IMG/VR virus record: IMGVR_UViG_3300032157_000012
Location: 1 to 51,171 of that record
Length of the DNA stretch: 51,171 nt
Source of the DNA: a virus
Reading direction: 5' to 3' (one strand)
Positions 30,446-39,751 of the stretch are shown here, in pieces (position 1 is the first letter of the stretch; every line of letters starts with the position of its first letter). The notes under the pieces were generated by a model, which made no database searches, was not told where the DNA came from, and was given only the letters and a program-made list of their open reading frames with translations. A program made the translations under genes and the position numbers.

Positions 30446-31882
30446 ATGCTGGCCGTCGACAAGCACAAGTTCTTCGCTCATGTAGGGTACGAGCCTCACG
30501 AGCTACAGTGGCTGTTCCACAATAGCCCTGCACGCTTCCGTATTCCTGTGTGCGGTCGACGGTTCGGTAAGAGTCGAATGTCGGCGATGGACGAGGCACC
30601 CGGCTTGATGCTCCCGAAGCGTCGCGGTTGGATCGTTGGCCCAACGTACGACCTGGCGGAGAAGGAGTTCCGTGTTCTGTGGGACTTGTTCATCCTGCAG
30701 CTGGAGTTCGGCAAGAACAAGCGAGTCAAGAAGGCGTACAACAAGCGCTCTGGGGAGATGTACATCGAGTTCCCCTGGGGTACCCGCGTAGAATGTCGTT
30801 CAGCCGATCACCCGGAGAATCTCGTCGGTGAGAAGTTGGACTTCGCTATTATGTCAGAGGCAGCGAAGCACAAGAAGGACACCTGGGAGCGATTCGTTCG
30901 ACCTGCTCTCGCTGACAAGCGGGGCAATGCTTCGTTTCCGACCACCCCTGAAGGCTTCAACTGGTTGCACGCCCTCTGGCAGACCGGACGTAACCCGAAC
31001 ATGCCGTCGTACGAGTCGTGGCAGTTCCCTTCCTGGACCAATCCGTACGTCTATCCTGGTGGTCGGCAGGACGAGGAAATCCTGGAGATCGAGAAGACCA
31101 CTGCGCCTGAGTGGTTCCTTCAGGAGTACGGTGCAGACTTCTCAGCGTTTGTGGGTAAGATCTATGGTGAGTTCCAAGAGAGTGTCCACGTTACTGAGGT
31201 CAAGTTCAATCCTGCCTGGGATAGCTACGTCGGTTATGATCCCGGGTACACCAATGCTTGGGCTTGGGTATTCTTTCAAGTTGACCCACAGGACAATGTA
31301 TACGTATGGCGTGAGCACTACCGGTCGTACTGGCAGCTCGCGGAACACATCGCGTATATGCGTAACATGGAACAGCCTGAGGGATATCACCTGGATCTCG
31401 CCTTTGGCGATGCCGCGGATCCAGAGGCGTGTGCGAGCATTAGCGAGAACTTCGTGCCCGCGTACGCTGAGCCGGAGGCTAAGAAGAACTGGCGTGAGGG
31501 TGTCGACCTTGTCAAGAGTTATCTGAAGGTCCAGGATGTCTACTCACCTTCAGGGCTCCTTATCGTCGGCGACGAGTACGGGACTCCTGTTCAGAAGCCC
31601 AAGCTGTTTATCGATCATTCGTGTACGAACCTCATCTACGAGTTCAATAACTATCGGGCTCCGGATACGCGGCCGGAAACGAACGTGCGCGAGCAGGCGA
31701 AGAAGCACGCGGACCATGCGCTCGACGCGCTTCGCTATGGACTCATGCACATCTTCAAGCTTGGATGTAACTCGCGACTGACTGACGTGTACCAAGGGCT
31801 AAACGCTGTGGACGTCGATCGCGAGCTGCTGGAACCTTCTGGTGACGGAGGGTACTTCAACCTAGAGAACCTGGAGTTCTAA
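30446..31882 (+). CDS. terL: terminase large subunit
   Basis: 478 aa. CGRRFGKSRM (Walker A-like), LDFAIMSEAA (Walker B), GYDPGYTNAWAW and ADHALDALRYG (nuclease). Confidence 0.9.
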   Translation: MLAVDKHKFFAHVGYEPHELQWLFHNSPARFRIPVCGRRFGKSRMSAMDEAPGLMLPKRRGWIVGPTYDLAEKEFRVLWDLFILQLEFGKNKRVKKAYNKRSGEMYIEFPWGTRVECRSADHPENLVGEKLDFAIMSEAAKHKKDTWERFVRPALADKRGNASFPTTPEGFNWLHALWQTGRNPNMPSYESWQFPSWTNPYVYPGGRQDEEILEIEKTTAPEWFLQEYGADFSAFVGKIYGEFQESVHVTEVKFNPAWDSYVGYDPGYTNAWAWVFFQVDPQDNVYVWREHYRSYWQLAEHIAYMRNMEQPEGYHLDLAFGDAADPEACASISENFVPAYAEPEAKKNWREGVDLVKSYLKVQDVYSPSGLLIVGDEYGTPVQKPKLFIDHSCTNLIYEFNNYRAPDTRPETNVREQAKKHADHALDALRYGLMHIFKLGCNSRLTDVYQGLNAVDVDRELLEPSGDGGYFNLENLEF

Positions 31883-33381
31883 TGAGTGACCAGTTGCAGC
31901 TGTTCGAGCTGCCGCCTACAGGGGATCCGGGTTCGGTCGCTCTGGCTGAACTCCTTTCCTCCTACCAGCTCGTTGACGTGACTGATGACAATGTCGTTAT
32001 CGTGGCTGACGGTCCACCTATGCAGTTCGCTGAGACGATCGCTGTAGGTCCCGAACTGGGATACTCTAGCCCGTCACCGTGGACGGCGTGGACTCGTGAG
32101 GAGTGGAACCCGAAGCTCCGCGACAAGCTCGGCATCACAGAGTACTACCGCATGAAGCGCCTCGACGGTATCATCCGTGGTGCGCTGCGTGTCTTCAAGA
32201 CGCCTGTGCTGTCTGCTCACTGGTTCATGGAGGCTGGCTCAGACTCTACACGTGACAAGAACGTCGCCAAGGAGATCCAGGAGAACTTCGATAGCGGCAT
32301 GTCGACTTCGTGGTCGCGGACGCTCGAAGACATCCTCATCATGTGTGAGTACGGTTACTCCGTGATGGAGAAGGTCTGGGAGCTCAAGTCGGACGGTAAG
32401 ATCGCTCTCCGGAAGCTGGCTCCACGGCACCCTGCTGACATTCAGAAGTTCGTGTACGATCGTAACGGTGGTCCGAAGGCTGTCGTGATGGAACCGATGG
32501 CTTCTGAGGGCACGTTCACTCCTGAGCAGGGTATCGTCATTCCGATCAAGAAGCTCGCCATCTTCGCCTTGGAGGCAGAGGCCGGTGACCTTCAGGGCAT
32601 CTCGATCCTACGGTCGGCGTACAAGCACTACAAGTACAAGGATACTCTGTACAAGATCGACGCGATCCAGAAGGAACGTCACGGCATCGGCGTTCCTGTC
32701 ATTAAGATGCCTCCCGGTTGGAAGAAGGCTGACAAAGATCTAGCCGAGATGATCGGACGCAACCTCCGTACGAACGAGCGTTCACACATCACGCTCCCTC
32801 CGAACTGGGAGATTTACTTCGCCAAGCTCGAAGGGCAGCCGGTCGACTGCATGCCGTCGATCACACACCACAACGAGATGATCATGGCCAACGTACTCGC
32901 TCCCTTCCTCACTGACTCGAACCAGAAGAAGGAAAGCCTGGAGACGTTCTACAAGGGCACGAAGTACGTAGCTGAGACGGTCTCTGACACAATGAACCAG
33001 TTCGTGATCAGTGACCTCGTCGAGATGAACTATAGTCGCGTCAAGATGCCCAAGCTTCGCGTGCGCCGGATCGGCGAGTGGGAAGACCAGCGCACGCAGA
33101 GCTTCACGCTGCGTAACTACGTTGGCGCAAGTCTCATCGTGCCTGACGAGACGCTGGAAGCTCACCTCCGCAAGGAGAACGACCTGCCGCCGATCGACTT
33201 CGAGACGCGGCGAGAGATCGTGGCTCCTCAGGATCCGATGGACGATGAGGATGAGCCGGGCTCTGAATCGAACCGGGCGAATCCTCCTCAGCCGCCCCGC
33301 GTTGGGCCTCCGCGGCAAGGTAAGCCTAACCCGGGAACTCCTCGAGGCAACGGCGGCGTCGACCGTAGCGGAGGACAGTAA
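31882..33381 (+). CDS. portal protein
   Basis: 499 aa. TAATG overlap with terL. Size and position are typical of a portal. P/G/R-rich C-terminal tail. Confidence 0.75.
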   Translation: MSDQLQLFELPPTGDPGSVALAELLSSYQLVDVTDDNVVIVADGPPMQFAETIAVGPELGYSSPSPWTAWTREEWNPKLRDKLGITEYYRMKRLDGIIRGALRVFKTPVLSAHWFMEAGSDSTRDKNVAKEIQENFDSGMSTSWSRTLEDILIMCEYGYSVMEKVWELKSDGKIALRKLAPRHPADIQKFVYDRNGGPKAVVMEPMASEGTFTPEQGIVIPIKKLAIFALEAEAGDLQGISILRSAYKHYKYKDTLYKIDAIQKERHGIGVPVIKMPPGWKKADKDLAEMIGRNLRTNERSHITLPPNWEIYFAKLEGQPVDCMPSITHHNEMIMANVLAPFLTDSNQKKESLETFYKGTKYVAETVSDTMNQFVISDLVEMNYSRVKMPKLRVRRIGEWEDQRTQSFTLRNYVGASLIVPDETLEAHLRKENDLPPIDFETRREIVAPQDPMDDEDEPGSESNRANPPQPPRVGPPRQGKPNPGTPRGNGGVDRSGGQ

Positions 33382-34406
33382 TGGCTACCCCTACGCTGGT
33401 GACTGTTAACGGTGACTTGTCACCCGTCCTGCTCGCTAAGCAGATCACGTTCAAGATCCCTTCTCGCCTGCATCGTACCGGCTCGCCTGATGTGATCTTG
33501 CCGTCTACCATCGAGGCTGAGGTCGCTCCAGACGGTACGTTCACTGTGCAGCTGTACGGCACGAATGACCCTGCATGGAATCCTTCGAACTGGACCTACC
33601 AAGTCACTATCATCGGCGACGATCTTAAGGACCAGTTCTACATCTCGGTCCCGTATAACGCTGGCTCGATCGACTTCGGTGACCTGTTGCCTGCAGTGCC
33701 TGCCTCTGAGGGGTCACTGTACGCAGCGTACCACCACACGCACGAGATCGATGACGTCAACGACCTGCAGGTTCAGCTGGATGGTAAGCAGCCTGCTGGT
33801 TCATACTTGGTGCCTGACGACATCTCTAACCTGGTTAGCACTACTACACTGAACGAGGCTCTAGCCTTCTACCTCACCATCGCAGCGGCGAACGCGAGAG
33901 GGAACCTGCTTACGACTGGTGAAGAGATCCTGCCACGTGACGACGTCGCTGGCGAAGTGGCACTGGTTAGTGGCGTCGCGTACTTCTCCTTCTTCACTGC
34001 TCGCAAGACCGAGACGATTACTACCGTACGTACTGCTACGGGTGCCACTGCTGCTTCTGGGCTGACGTTGGCTCGAATCGGCATCTACAGCACTGACGGT
34101 ACTACGTTAACGCCTGTGGCGAGTACTGCGAATGACACTGCACTGTGGAATGCGACCAACACCATGTTCCCGAAGACCTTTACGGCTGCGTGGAACAAGG
34201 TCGCAGGTCAGCGGTACGCTCAGTGCCTCTTGGCTGTAGGTACTACCATGCCGATCCTCGAAGGCGTTCAGGTACGTCCAAACAGCGTAGGACTTGCTCC
34301 ACGGATCCAGGGCGAGCTCAGTGGTCAATCGAACTTGCCAGCTGGACCTACAGAGGCTTCGCTGTCGAGTGGCTTCAGAAGGTTCCAGGGCATTTACATT
34401 CCGTAA
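33381..34406 (+). CDS. structural protein with a fibre-like N-terminal region
   Basis: 341 aa. 1-nt overlap with the portal gene. VTVNGDLSPVLLAKQITFKIP...APDGTFTVQLYGTNDP...WTYQVTI. Confidence 0.55.
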   Translation: MATPTLVTVNGDLSPVLLAKQITFKIPSRLHRTGSPDVILPSTIEAEVAPDGTFTVQLYGTNDPAWNPSNWTYQVTIIGDDLKDQFYISVPYNAGSIDFGDLLPAVPASEGSLYAAYHHTHEIDDVNDLQVQLDGKQPAGSYLVPDDISNLVSTTTLNEALAFYLTIAAANARGNLLTTGEEILPRDDVAGEVALVSGVAYFSFFTARKTETITTVRTATGATAASGLTLARIGIYSTDGTTLTPVASTANDTALWNATNTMFPKTFTAAWNKVAGQRYAQCLLAVGTTMPILEGVQVRPNSVGLAPRIQGELSGQSNLPAGPTEASLSSGFRRFQGIYIP

Positions 34407-34415
34407 TTGACGTAC

Positions 34416-34444
34416 TTGCCCTTCAGTTGGAAACACTATATAAT
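34416..34444 (+). promoter_or_regulatory. sigma70-like internal promoter: TTGCCC-N17-TATAAT
   Basis: -35 at 34416-21; -10 at 34439-44. The actaTATAATc context mirrors gctaTATAATc at 28893-28903. Confidence 0.5.
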
Positions 34445-34473
34445 CGAGCTAACAGCCCGGGCAGGAGGTGAAT

Positions 34474-35727
34474 ATGGCACGCTTTGGTTACTATGCAGAC
34501 CTCCGAGGGGTGACGTTCTCGGAGACCAAGCAGTGGATCCAGGCCATGCGTGTTGGTGAGTACCAGCATCCCGCGTACGGCAAGATCAACCTGTCGATGG
34601 ATCGCATCAGACGCTTCGCTGACAGTGTGAAGAGCCGAGTCCGTGGCATTGAACTGGACATCGACTACGACCACAAGACTGACCCTGCCCGAGGCAACGA
34701 GGCTGCAGGGTGGGTGAAGGACGCGAAGGTCGAGGGTGACGCTCTCTACCTCCTCGTCGACTGGACCAAGACGGCGCTGGAGAAGATCAAGGAGGGTGCA
34801 TACCGCTACTTCAGTCCTGAGTTCCAGGATGACTGGACTGACGCTACTGGAACTGTGCACCAGGATGTTCTCTTCGGTGGCGGGATCACGAACAGGCCTT
34901 TCCTCAAGGACCTGCTCCCGATCAACCTGAGCGAACTCACATTCGCAGAACAGAAGGAAGGACGACGAATGGATCCGAAGGCGCTTCGCAAGCTCCTCGG
35001 TCTGCCCGAGGACGCGAAGGACGAGCAGGTTCTCGAGCGCATCGAGCAGAACCAGAAGGCGGCACAGTCCAAGGGAAACACCCCTCCGGACGGTCTCGCC
35101 ACTACGCACGCTCCGAACACCGGTGCGACTACCAACCCTGGTGGTACGATCGACGGTAAGCCGTATGACGCGACGACCGCTACGGGCGTCGACAAGGACG
35201 GCAAGGCGCTCTCGCCTGAGGAGATTCAGCTCAACGAGCTGAGCAGGACCAACCCCGCGATGGCCTTCCTGCTGCGTGAGCAGATGAAGACCAACAAGGC
35301 CCTCTCGGAGCAGATCGCTCAGCTTACTGAGGCCAACAAGCTCAGCGAGATTCGAGTCAAGCTCAACGAGTACCAGACCGGTCAGACGGTCATCGCTCCG
35401 GCGGTTCTCGACGAGGCCTCGAAGCTGCTCGCCAAGGCGCCTGTGGCTCTGCACGCGGAGATCCACAACGTCCTCAAGCTGGTGCAGGGTGGCAAGGGTA
35501 CCGTACAGCTCGGCGAGGTGGGCTCGACTGGTCACACCTCAGCTCGCACCGACGGTAAGTCGGCCACGGACCTGTTCGAGGAGGCGATCCAGACGCAGCG
35601 TAAGAAGTTCAGCGAGGCGTCCGGCGGCAAGGAGCTCTCGTACAGCGACGCGCTGATCGACGTGGCGGCGTCCAACCCGGAGCTCTACGCGCGGTACCGC
35701 GAAGAGTCCTACGCGTTCAAGATCTGA
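34474..35727 (+). CDS. Mu gpI-like capsid maturation protease / scaffold
   Basis: ATG 34474 lies 5 nt after AGGAGG. GIELDIDYDHK...NEAAGWVKD...GAYRYFSPEF. Long coiled-coil C-terminal half. Confidence 0.7.
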   Translation: MARFGYYADLRGVTFSETKQWIQAMRVGEYQHPAYGKINLSMDRIRRFADSVKSRVRGIELDIDYDHKTDPARGNEAAGWVKDAKVEGDALYLLVDWTKTALEKIKEGAYRYFSPEFQDDWTDATGTVHQDVLFGGGITNRPFLKDLLPINLSELTFAEQKEGRRMDPKALRKLLGLPEDAKDEQVLERIEQNQKAAQSKGNTPPDGLATTHAPNTGATTNPGGTIDGKPYDATTATGVDKDGKALSPEEIQLNELSRTNPAMAFLLREQMKTNKALSEQIAQLTEANKLSEIRVKLNEYQTGQTVIAPAVLDEASKLLAKAPVALHAEIHNVLKLVQGGKGTVQLGEVGSTGHTSARTDGKSATDLFEEAIQTQRKKFSEASGGKELSYSDALIDVAASNPELYARYREESYAFKI

Positions 35728-35742
35728 GGGGAGGAATAAACA

Positions 35743-36144
35743 ATGAGTGGTCCCAACTACGTTCTCGACAAGGGCTACAACCTCTCGAACAGCGGCGCGG
35801 TTCAGGACATCTACCGGTTCGTGAAGTTCAACGCTGACGAGAACAAGGTCACGCAGGCGACGGCCATCACCGACAAGTGCGTCGGTGTCGTTCAGCAGCG
35901 TGTCGACGCTGCTGACTCTGCGACCGGCAACGTTCAGGTGGACGTGCGCATCCTCGGCATCACCAAGATCGAGGCTGCAGGCTCCATCTCGCTGGGTGCG
36001 CTGGTCGCACCGAGCCTGAACGGTCGAGCGCAGACCGCTGTGTCAACCCAGTTCGCCCACGGCATCGCCTTCCAGGCATCGACCGGTGCAGGGCAGATGA
36101 TCGACGTCCTTCTGACCCCGCCGTCCGGCGCGGCTCTCCCGTAA
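35743..36144 (+). CDS. head decoration-like protein (DUF2190-like)
   Basis: 133 aa. Sits between the protease and the capsid gene, the lambda D position. RFVKF...CVGVVQQ...ILGITKIEA. Confidence 0.55.
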   Translation: MSGPNYVLDKGYNLSNSGAVQDIYRFVKFNADENKVTQATAITDKCVGVVQQRVDAADSATGNVQVDVRILGITKIEAAGSISLGALVAPSLNGRAQTAVSTQFAHGIAFQASTGAGQMIDVLLTPPSGAALP

Positions 36145-36170
36145 CTATCTGAGGAAGGAGGCAACACCCA

Positions 36171-36548
36171 ATGTTCGCTGACACCGATCTTGCCTGGGCG
36201 GCAGGAGTCGTTGACGGTGAAGGTTCTATCGGAGCCTACACCAATGGTGCTTCGGCGTACGTCCTCTCTCTTCAGGTCGGCAATACGGACTTCCGGATGG
36301 TGTCGAAGCTTCACGACATGTTCGGCGGCTCGTTGCGAGAGACGAACCCGTGCGCCTCTGGGCGTACCTACTGGCAGTGGAAGATCAACGCCCAGAAGGC
36401 AGGAGAGGCCATTCGGCTGATCATGCCTTACCTCGTCACCAAGAAGGAGCAGGCAGAGGTGGCACTCGTATTCGTCGACGCTCGAGGCGTCGAACGCGGG
36501 GAGCTGGCTGGCCAGCTTCGTGACATGAAGAAGGGGGTGACAGCGTAA
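36171..36548 (+). CDS. LAGLIDADG homing endonuclease (single-motif, free-standing)
   Basis: LAWAAGVVDGEGSIG near the N-terminus. 125 aa. Wedged between the decoration and major capsid genes. Confidence 0.8.
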   Translation: MFADTDLAWAAGVVDGEGSIGAYTNGASAYVLSLQVGNTDFRMVSKLHDMFGGSLRETNPCASGRTYWQWKINAQKAGEAIRLIMPYLVTKKEQAEVALVFVDARGVERGELAGQLRDMKKGVTA

Positions 36549-37525
36549 TGGCCGTCTACAACCCTAATGGTGGCGGCAACGTTCACATCGACAAGATCCT
36601 CACTCAGATCAGCATCGGGTGGACGAACGGCGAGTTCGCTGGCGAGCAGCTGTTCCCGACCGTTCAGGTCAACAAGCAGTCGGACATCTACTACGTGTTC
36701 GGCCGCGAAGGCTGGCTGCCCGAGCGTGGCGACGAGCGTGCGCCGGGTACTGAGGCCAACGAGATCCCGGGCATGCAGGTCTCGACGCAGCCGTACTACG
36801 CCAAGGAGCACGCGCTCCAGATCGCTGTGACGGACGAGGAGCGGGAGAACGCCGACAGCCCGCTGAGTCCTGACCGCGACGCGACTGAGCTCGTCACGGC
36901 CAAGATCATCCTGGGCCGTGAGCTCATCATCCGTAACCTGGCCGTCACTGCCGCCAACTATGCGACGGGTAACTCGATTACCCTCGCAGGCGTGGACCGC
37001 TGGGACTCCGGTGACGTTGCTGGCTCTCACCCGATCGCAGACATGCGTGTCGGCATCGCTGCGGTACACGCGAAGCTGTTCCGTCGGGTCAACACCGTCG
37101 TCATGCCCTACCAGGTCATGGCGGCGCTGGAGGATCACGCCGACTTCATCGATCGCATCAAGTACTCCGAGCGGGCCATCTTCACGCCGGAGCTCATGGC
37201 GAGCATCATGGGCATCCAGAAGTGGGTCGTTCCGGGTGCAGGCTACAACACCGCCGTCAACTACGGTGCCGCGGAGACGCTCGGCTACCTGTGGGGCGAC
37301 GATGTGGTCATGGCGTGGGTCCCGGATCGTCCCGGCCTGAAGGTCCCTGCCTACGGCTACGAGTTCCGTTGGGGTCCGCAGTTCGTGGACCGGTGGCGTG
37401 AGGAGAAGCGAGCGTCGGACCTCATCCGCGTTCGTCGCCGCTACGACATCAAGCACACGGCTCTCGACGGATCTGGCAAGGCCGTCGCTGGCTACCTGCT
37501 CAAGGACGTCCTCGCGGCGTCGTAA
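36548..37525 (+). CDS. major capsid protein (lambda gpE-like)
   Basis: 325 aa. Position after the protease/decoration genes. FAGEQLFPTVQVNKQSDIYYVF...YYAKEHALQIAVTDEE. Confidence 0.8.
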   Translation: MAVYNPNGGGNVHIDKILTQISIGWTNGEFAGEQLFPTVQVNKQSDIYYVFGREGWLPERGDERAPGTEANEIPGMQVSTQPYYAKEHALQIAVTDEERENADSPLSPDRDATELVTAKIILGRELIIRNLAVTAANYATGNSITLAGVDRWDSGDVAGSHPIADMRVGIAAVHAKLFRRVNTVVMPYQVMAALEDHADFIDRIKYSERAIFTPELMASIMGIQKWVVPGAGYNTAVNYGAAETLGYLWGDDVVMAWVPDRPGLKVPAYGYEFRWGPQFVDRWREEKRASDLIRVRRRYDIKHTALDGSGKAVAGYLLKDVLAAS

Positions 37526-37537
37526 GGAGGGGAAGAC

Positions 37538-37822
37538 ATGGCTGACACGTTCTACGCTGCAACGCAGATCAAGTACGGCTCGCGCAAGGGCGGTAGTCCT
37601 GACGGCGAGTACACGTCCAAGGTGTTCGAGCCCGGTGATAAGGTCACTGGTCTCCCCGTCGAGGACATGAAGGGACTGTGGGCCGCGGGTGCTCTCACCC
37701 GGGAGGCTCCTGCCAAGGAGGAGGCCGACGAGGCTCCTGCCGAGGAGACGCCTCCCGCGGAACCGAAGGCCCCGGCCTCCACTTCGACGCGCGCCTCTGG
37801 GTCCGGTAGTTCGTCGAAGTAA
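37538..37822 (+). CDS. hypothetical protein with a P/A/E-rich tail
   Basis: 94 aa. AAGGAGGGG SD. Confidence 0.55.
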   Translation: MADTFYAATQIKYGSRKGGSPDGEYTSKVFEPGDKVTGLPVEDMKGLWAAGALTREAPAKEEADEAPAEETPPAEPKAPASTSTRASGSGSSSK

Positions 37823-37903
37823 CTCGTAGGTAGTTGGGGCATCTACGAGTTGGGGAGGGACTCAGTGCATCTTCTAAGGGGTAGATGTAAGGGGTCCCTC
37901 CCC
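37822..37903 (+). terminator. two hairpins after the capsid module
   Basis: actcgtag/ctacgagt (37822-37850) and ggggagggac/gtccctcccc (37852-37903), followed by gttgggtt. Confidence 0.45.
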
Positions 37904-37932
37904 GTTGGGTTCGACAAGGGAAGGAGTTAGAC

Positions 37933-38361
37933 ATGGCAACGATCACACTCGCCGAGGCAAGCGCCTGGGGAGAGAAGACCAAGCTGGCTCCCGCTCTGGT
38001 GGCTCTCGACACCGATCTGCTCACGCAGATCGAAGTTGAGGTGTTCGGTGCGATCTCGACCATTGCAGACACTTCAACCTGGGTCGATACTCTTACGACG
38101 CCTAGTCTTGTCAAGACGATCGTCGCCAAGCAGTACATTGCATGGGTCATCGATCGTCAATACTCAGAGGATGCTGACCTGTCTGCCTACGCTGCACTGC
38201 TTCGTGCATCTGCGATGGCTCTGCAGGGGGCGATCATGTCATCGCAGATCGATCTTCCTGGTGCAGTCACTGACGAGCCCGGTGACGGTCTGCCGAGTGT
38301 CTACCCAACTGACACAGACCCTGAGAATGGGCCCTACTTCCGTATGGATGCAGTCTTCTGA
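37933..38361 (+). CDS. head-tail connector/adaptor (by position)
   Basis: 142 aa; first gene after the capsid terminator. Confidence 0.5.
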   Translation: MATITLAEASAWGEKTKLAPALVALDTDLLTQIEVEVFGAISTIADTSTWVDTLTTPSLVKTIVAKQYIAWVIDRQYSEDADLSAYAALLRASAMALQGAIMSSQIDLPGAVTDEPGDGLPSVYPTDTDPENGPYFRMDAVF

Positions 38362-38373
38362 GAGGAGGTCAAC

Positions 38374-39081
38374 ATGGCAGGCGAGAGCGCACTTGGTGCT
38401 GTGATGACAGCTTCTCAAATCGCTGCAGCTATCGATCTGATTCGCTTCGACAAGGCGATCACAGGGTTCGAGTTCTCCCCCTCGCTTGGCATCGTCGCTA
38501 AGCGGTTCGCTGCTCTGGGTGCAGAGTTCGCTGACCTGAGTGAGCCGCTGCGTAAGTCCGTGGGCGACGTCATGACCATCTCTATTCTCGAGAACTTCAT
38601 GTCAGGCGGTAGGCCTGAGTGGGAGGAACTCGAGGAGTCGACGCTACGACGTCGTGCAGAGGAGAAGTCCGGGACGATGACCCTTGTACGCTCCGGCAAG
38701 CTGGCTGACGCTGCTTCGTCTGAGGGTATCTGGTCGATCGGAAAGACTACAGCCACTATCCGCGATCTGCCTGAGAACGTCTGGTACGGTAAGATTCACC
38801 AGGGCGGCATGGCTGCCAACCAATTCTCTGGTGGTAACTGGTTCGAGAAGTACCAGAAGGCGGCACGCAAGGTAGCTGGACCTGATGAGGACGACGAGGA
38901 GATCAACAAGCTGGCGTACAAGCTCTTCGACAAGAGGCTCATCCAGCACGGTCCTGCTCCACAGGGCACTGCGGGGATTCCTGCACGGCCGTTCGCCATG
39001 TTCCAGGAGCAGGACATCGACGACATCCAGAACATCTTCATCGACTGGATCGATGAGCAGGTAAGGGAGGCAGGACTGTAA
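38374..39081 (+). CDS. virion morphogenesis / head-tail joining protein (Mu gpG / HK97 gp10-like)
   Basis: TLVRSGKLADAASS...NVWYGKIHQGG. Confidence 0.55.
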   Translation: MAGESALGAVMTASQIAAAIDLIRFDKAITGFEFSPSLGIVAKRFAALGAEFADLSEPLRKSVGDVMTISILENFMSGGRPEWEELEESTLRRRAEEKSGTMTLVRSGKLADAASSEGIWSIGKTTATIRDLPENVWYGKIHQGGMAANQFSGGNWFEKYQKAARKVAGPDEDDEEINKLAYKLFDKRLIQHGPAPQGTAGIPARPFAMFQEQDIDDIQNIFIDWIDEQVREAGL

Positions 39082-39554
39082 TGGCTACGCCGATTCAGTT
39101 CCCCTCCGAGTTGGCTCAGAGGATGCTAGCCATCCTTCAGGCTAACAAGGTTGCACTGGTTACCTCTGACGGTATGATCCTCTACGGCGACCAGAACAAC
39201 GTGCCTGTGACTCCTACCGTGTGCGTGGAGAGTGGTCCCACTAAGAGAGCTCTTGCGGGCGCACAGTACCGAACCGAGAACGAGCTCACGTGCTACATCC
39301 TGATCTACTGGGCGAAGGTTCAGGACAATCAAACTGACAAACTCGAAGCTGAACAGTGCGCAGAGGCAATCGCAAGGTATGTCGACGCTAATCCTCGACT
39401 GGAACTAAGTGGGGATGGTGGAGTTGTCATTCATGGCTTCATCACTGACGTCGAACCAGGGTACAGTTTCAAGGGCTCTGGCAGAAGCAAGACACTGTAC
39501 CAAGCCGTCCGCCTAACGTGGACAGGTAAGACCAAGACGATGTTGGGGGCTTGA
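39081..39554 (+). CDS. neck / tail-terminator-like protein (by position)
   Basis: 157 aa; 1-nt overlap. Confidence 0.5.
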   Translation: MATPIQFPSELAQRMLAILQANKVALVTSDGMILYGDQNNVPVTPTVCVESGPTKRALAGAQYRTENELTCYILIYWAKVQDNQTDKLEAEQCAEAIARYVDANPRLELSGDGGVVIHGFITDVEPGYSFKGSGRSKTLYQAVRLTWTGKTKTMLGA

Positions 39555-39751
39555 TGCTCTACAAAGTCACGAACAACGGCGAGGCTCGCACCGTCGATTT
39601 CCTTGGCGTGTTCGCAGAAGGTGAGGCTCGGGACTTCACACAGGCCGAGCTCGAGAACTACATGCACATGAACGGCGTACCAGTGGTCAGCGGTCTTCCC
39701 GAAGACTTCGACATCGAGTACGTCGGCGAGCCTGAGAATGGGGGCAAGTAA
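39551..39751 (+). CDS. hypothetical protein
   Basis: 66 aa; 4-nt and 1-nt overlaps. Confidence 0.5.
   Translation: MMLYKVTNNGEARTVDFLGVFAEGEARDFTQAELENYMHMNGVPVVSGLPEDFDIEYVGEPENGGK

Noticed and set aside
34423-35535. 370-aa - strand ORF
   Set aside because: It runs antisense to the Mu-I-like protease/scaffold gene. It is R/L/V-rich with no motif or SD.
36428-37456. 342-aa - strand ORF
   Set aside because: It runs antisense to the major capsid gene and looks like a shadow ORF.
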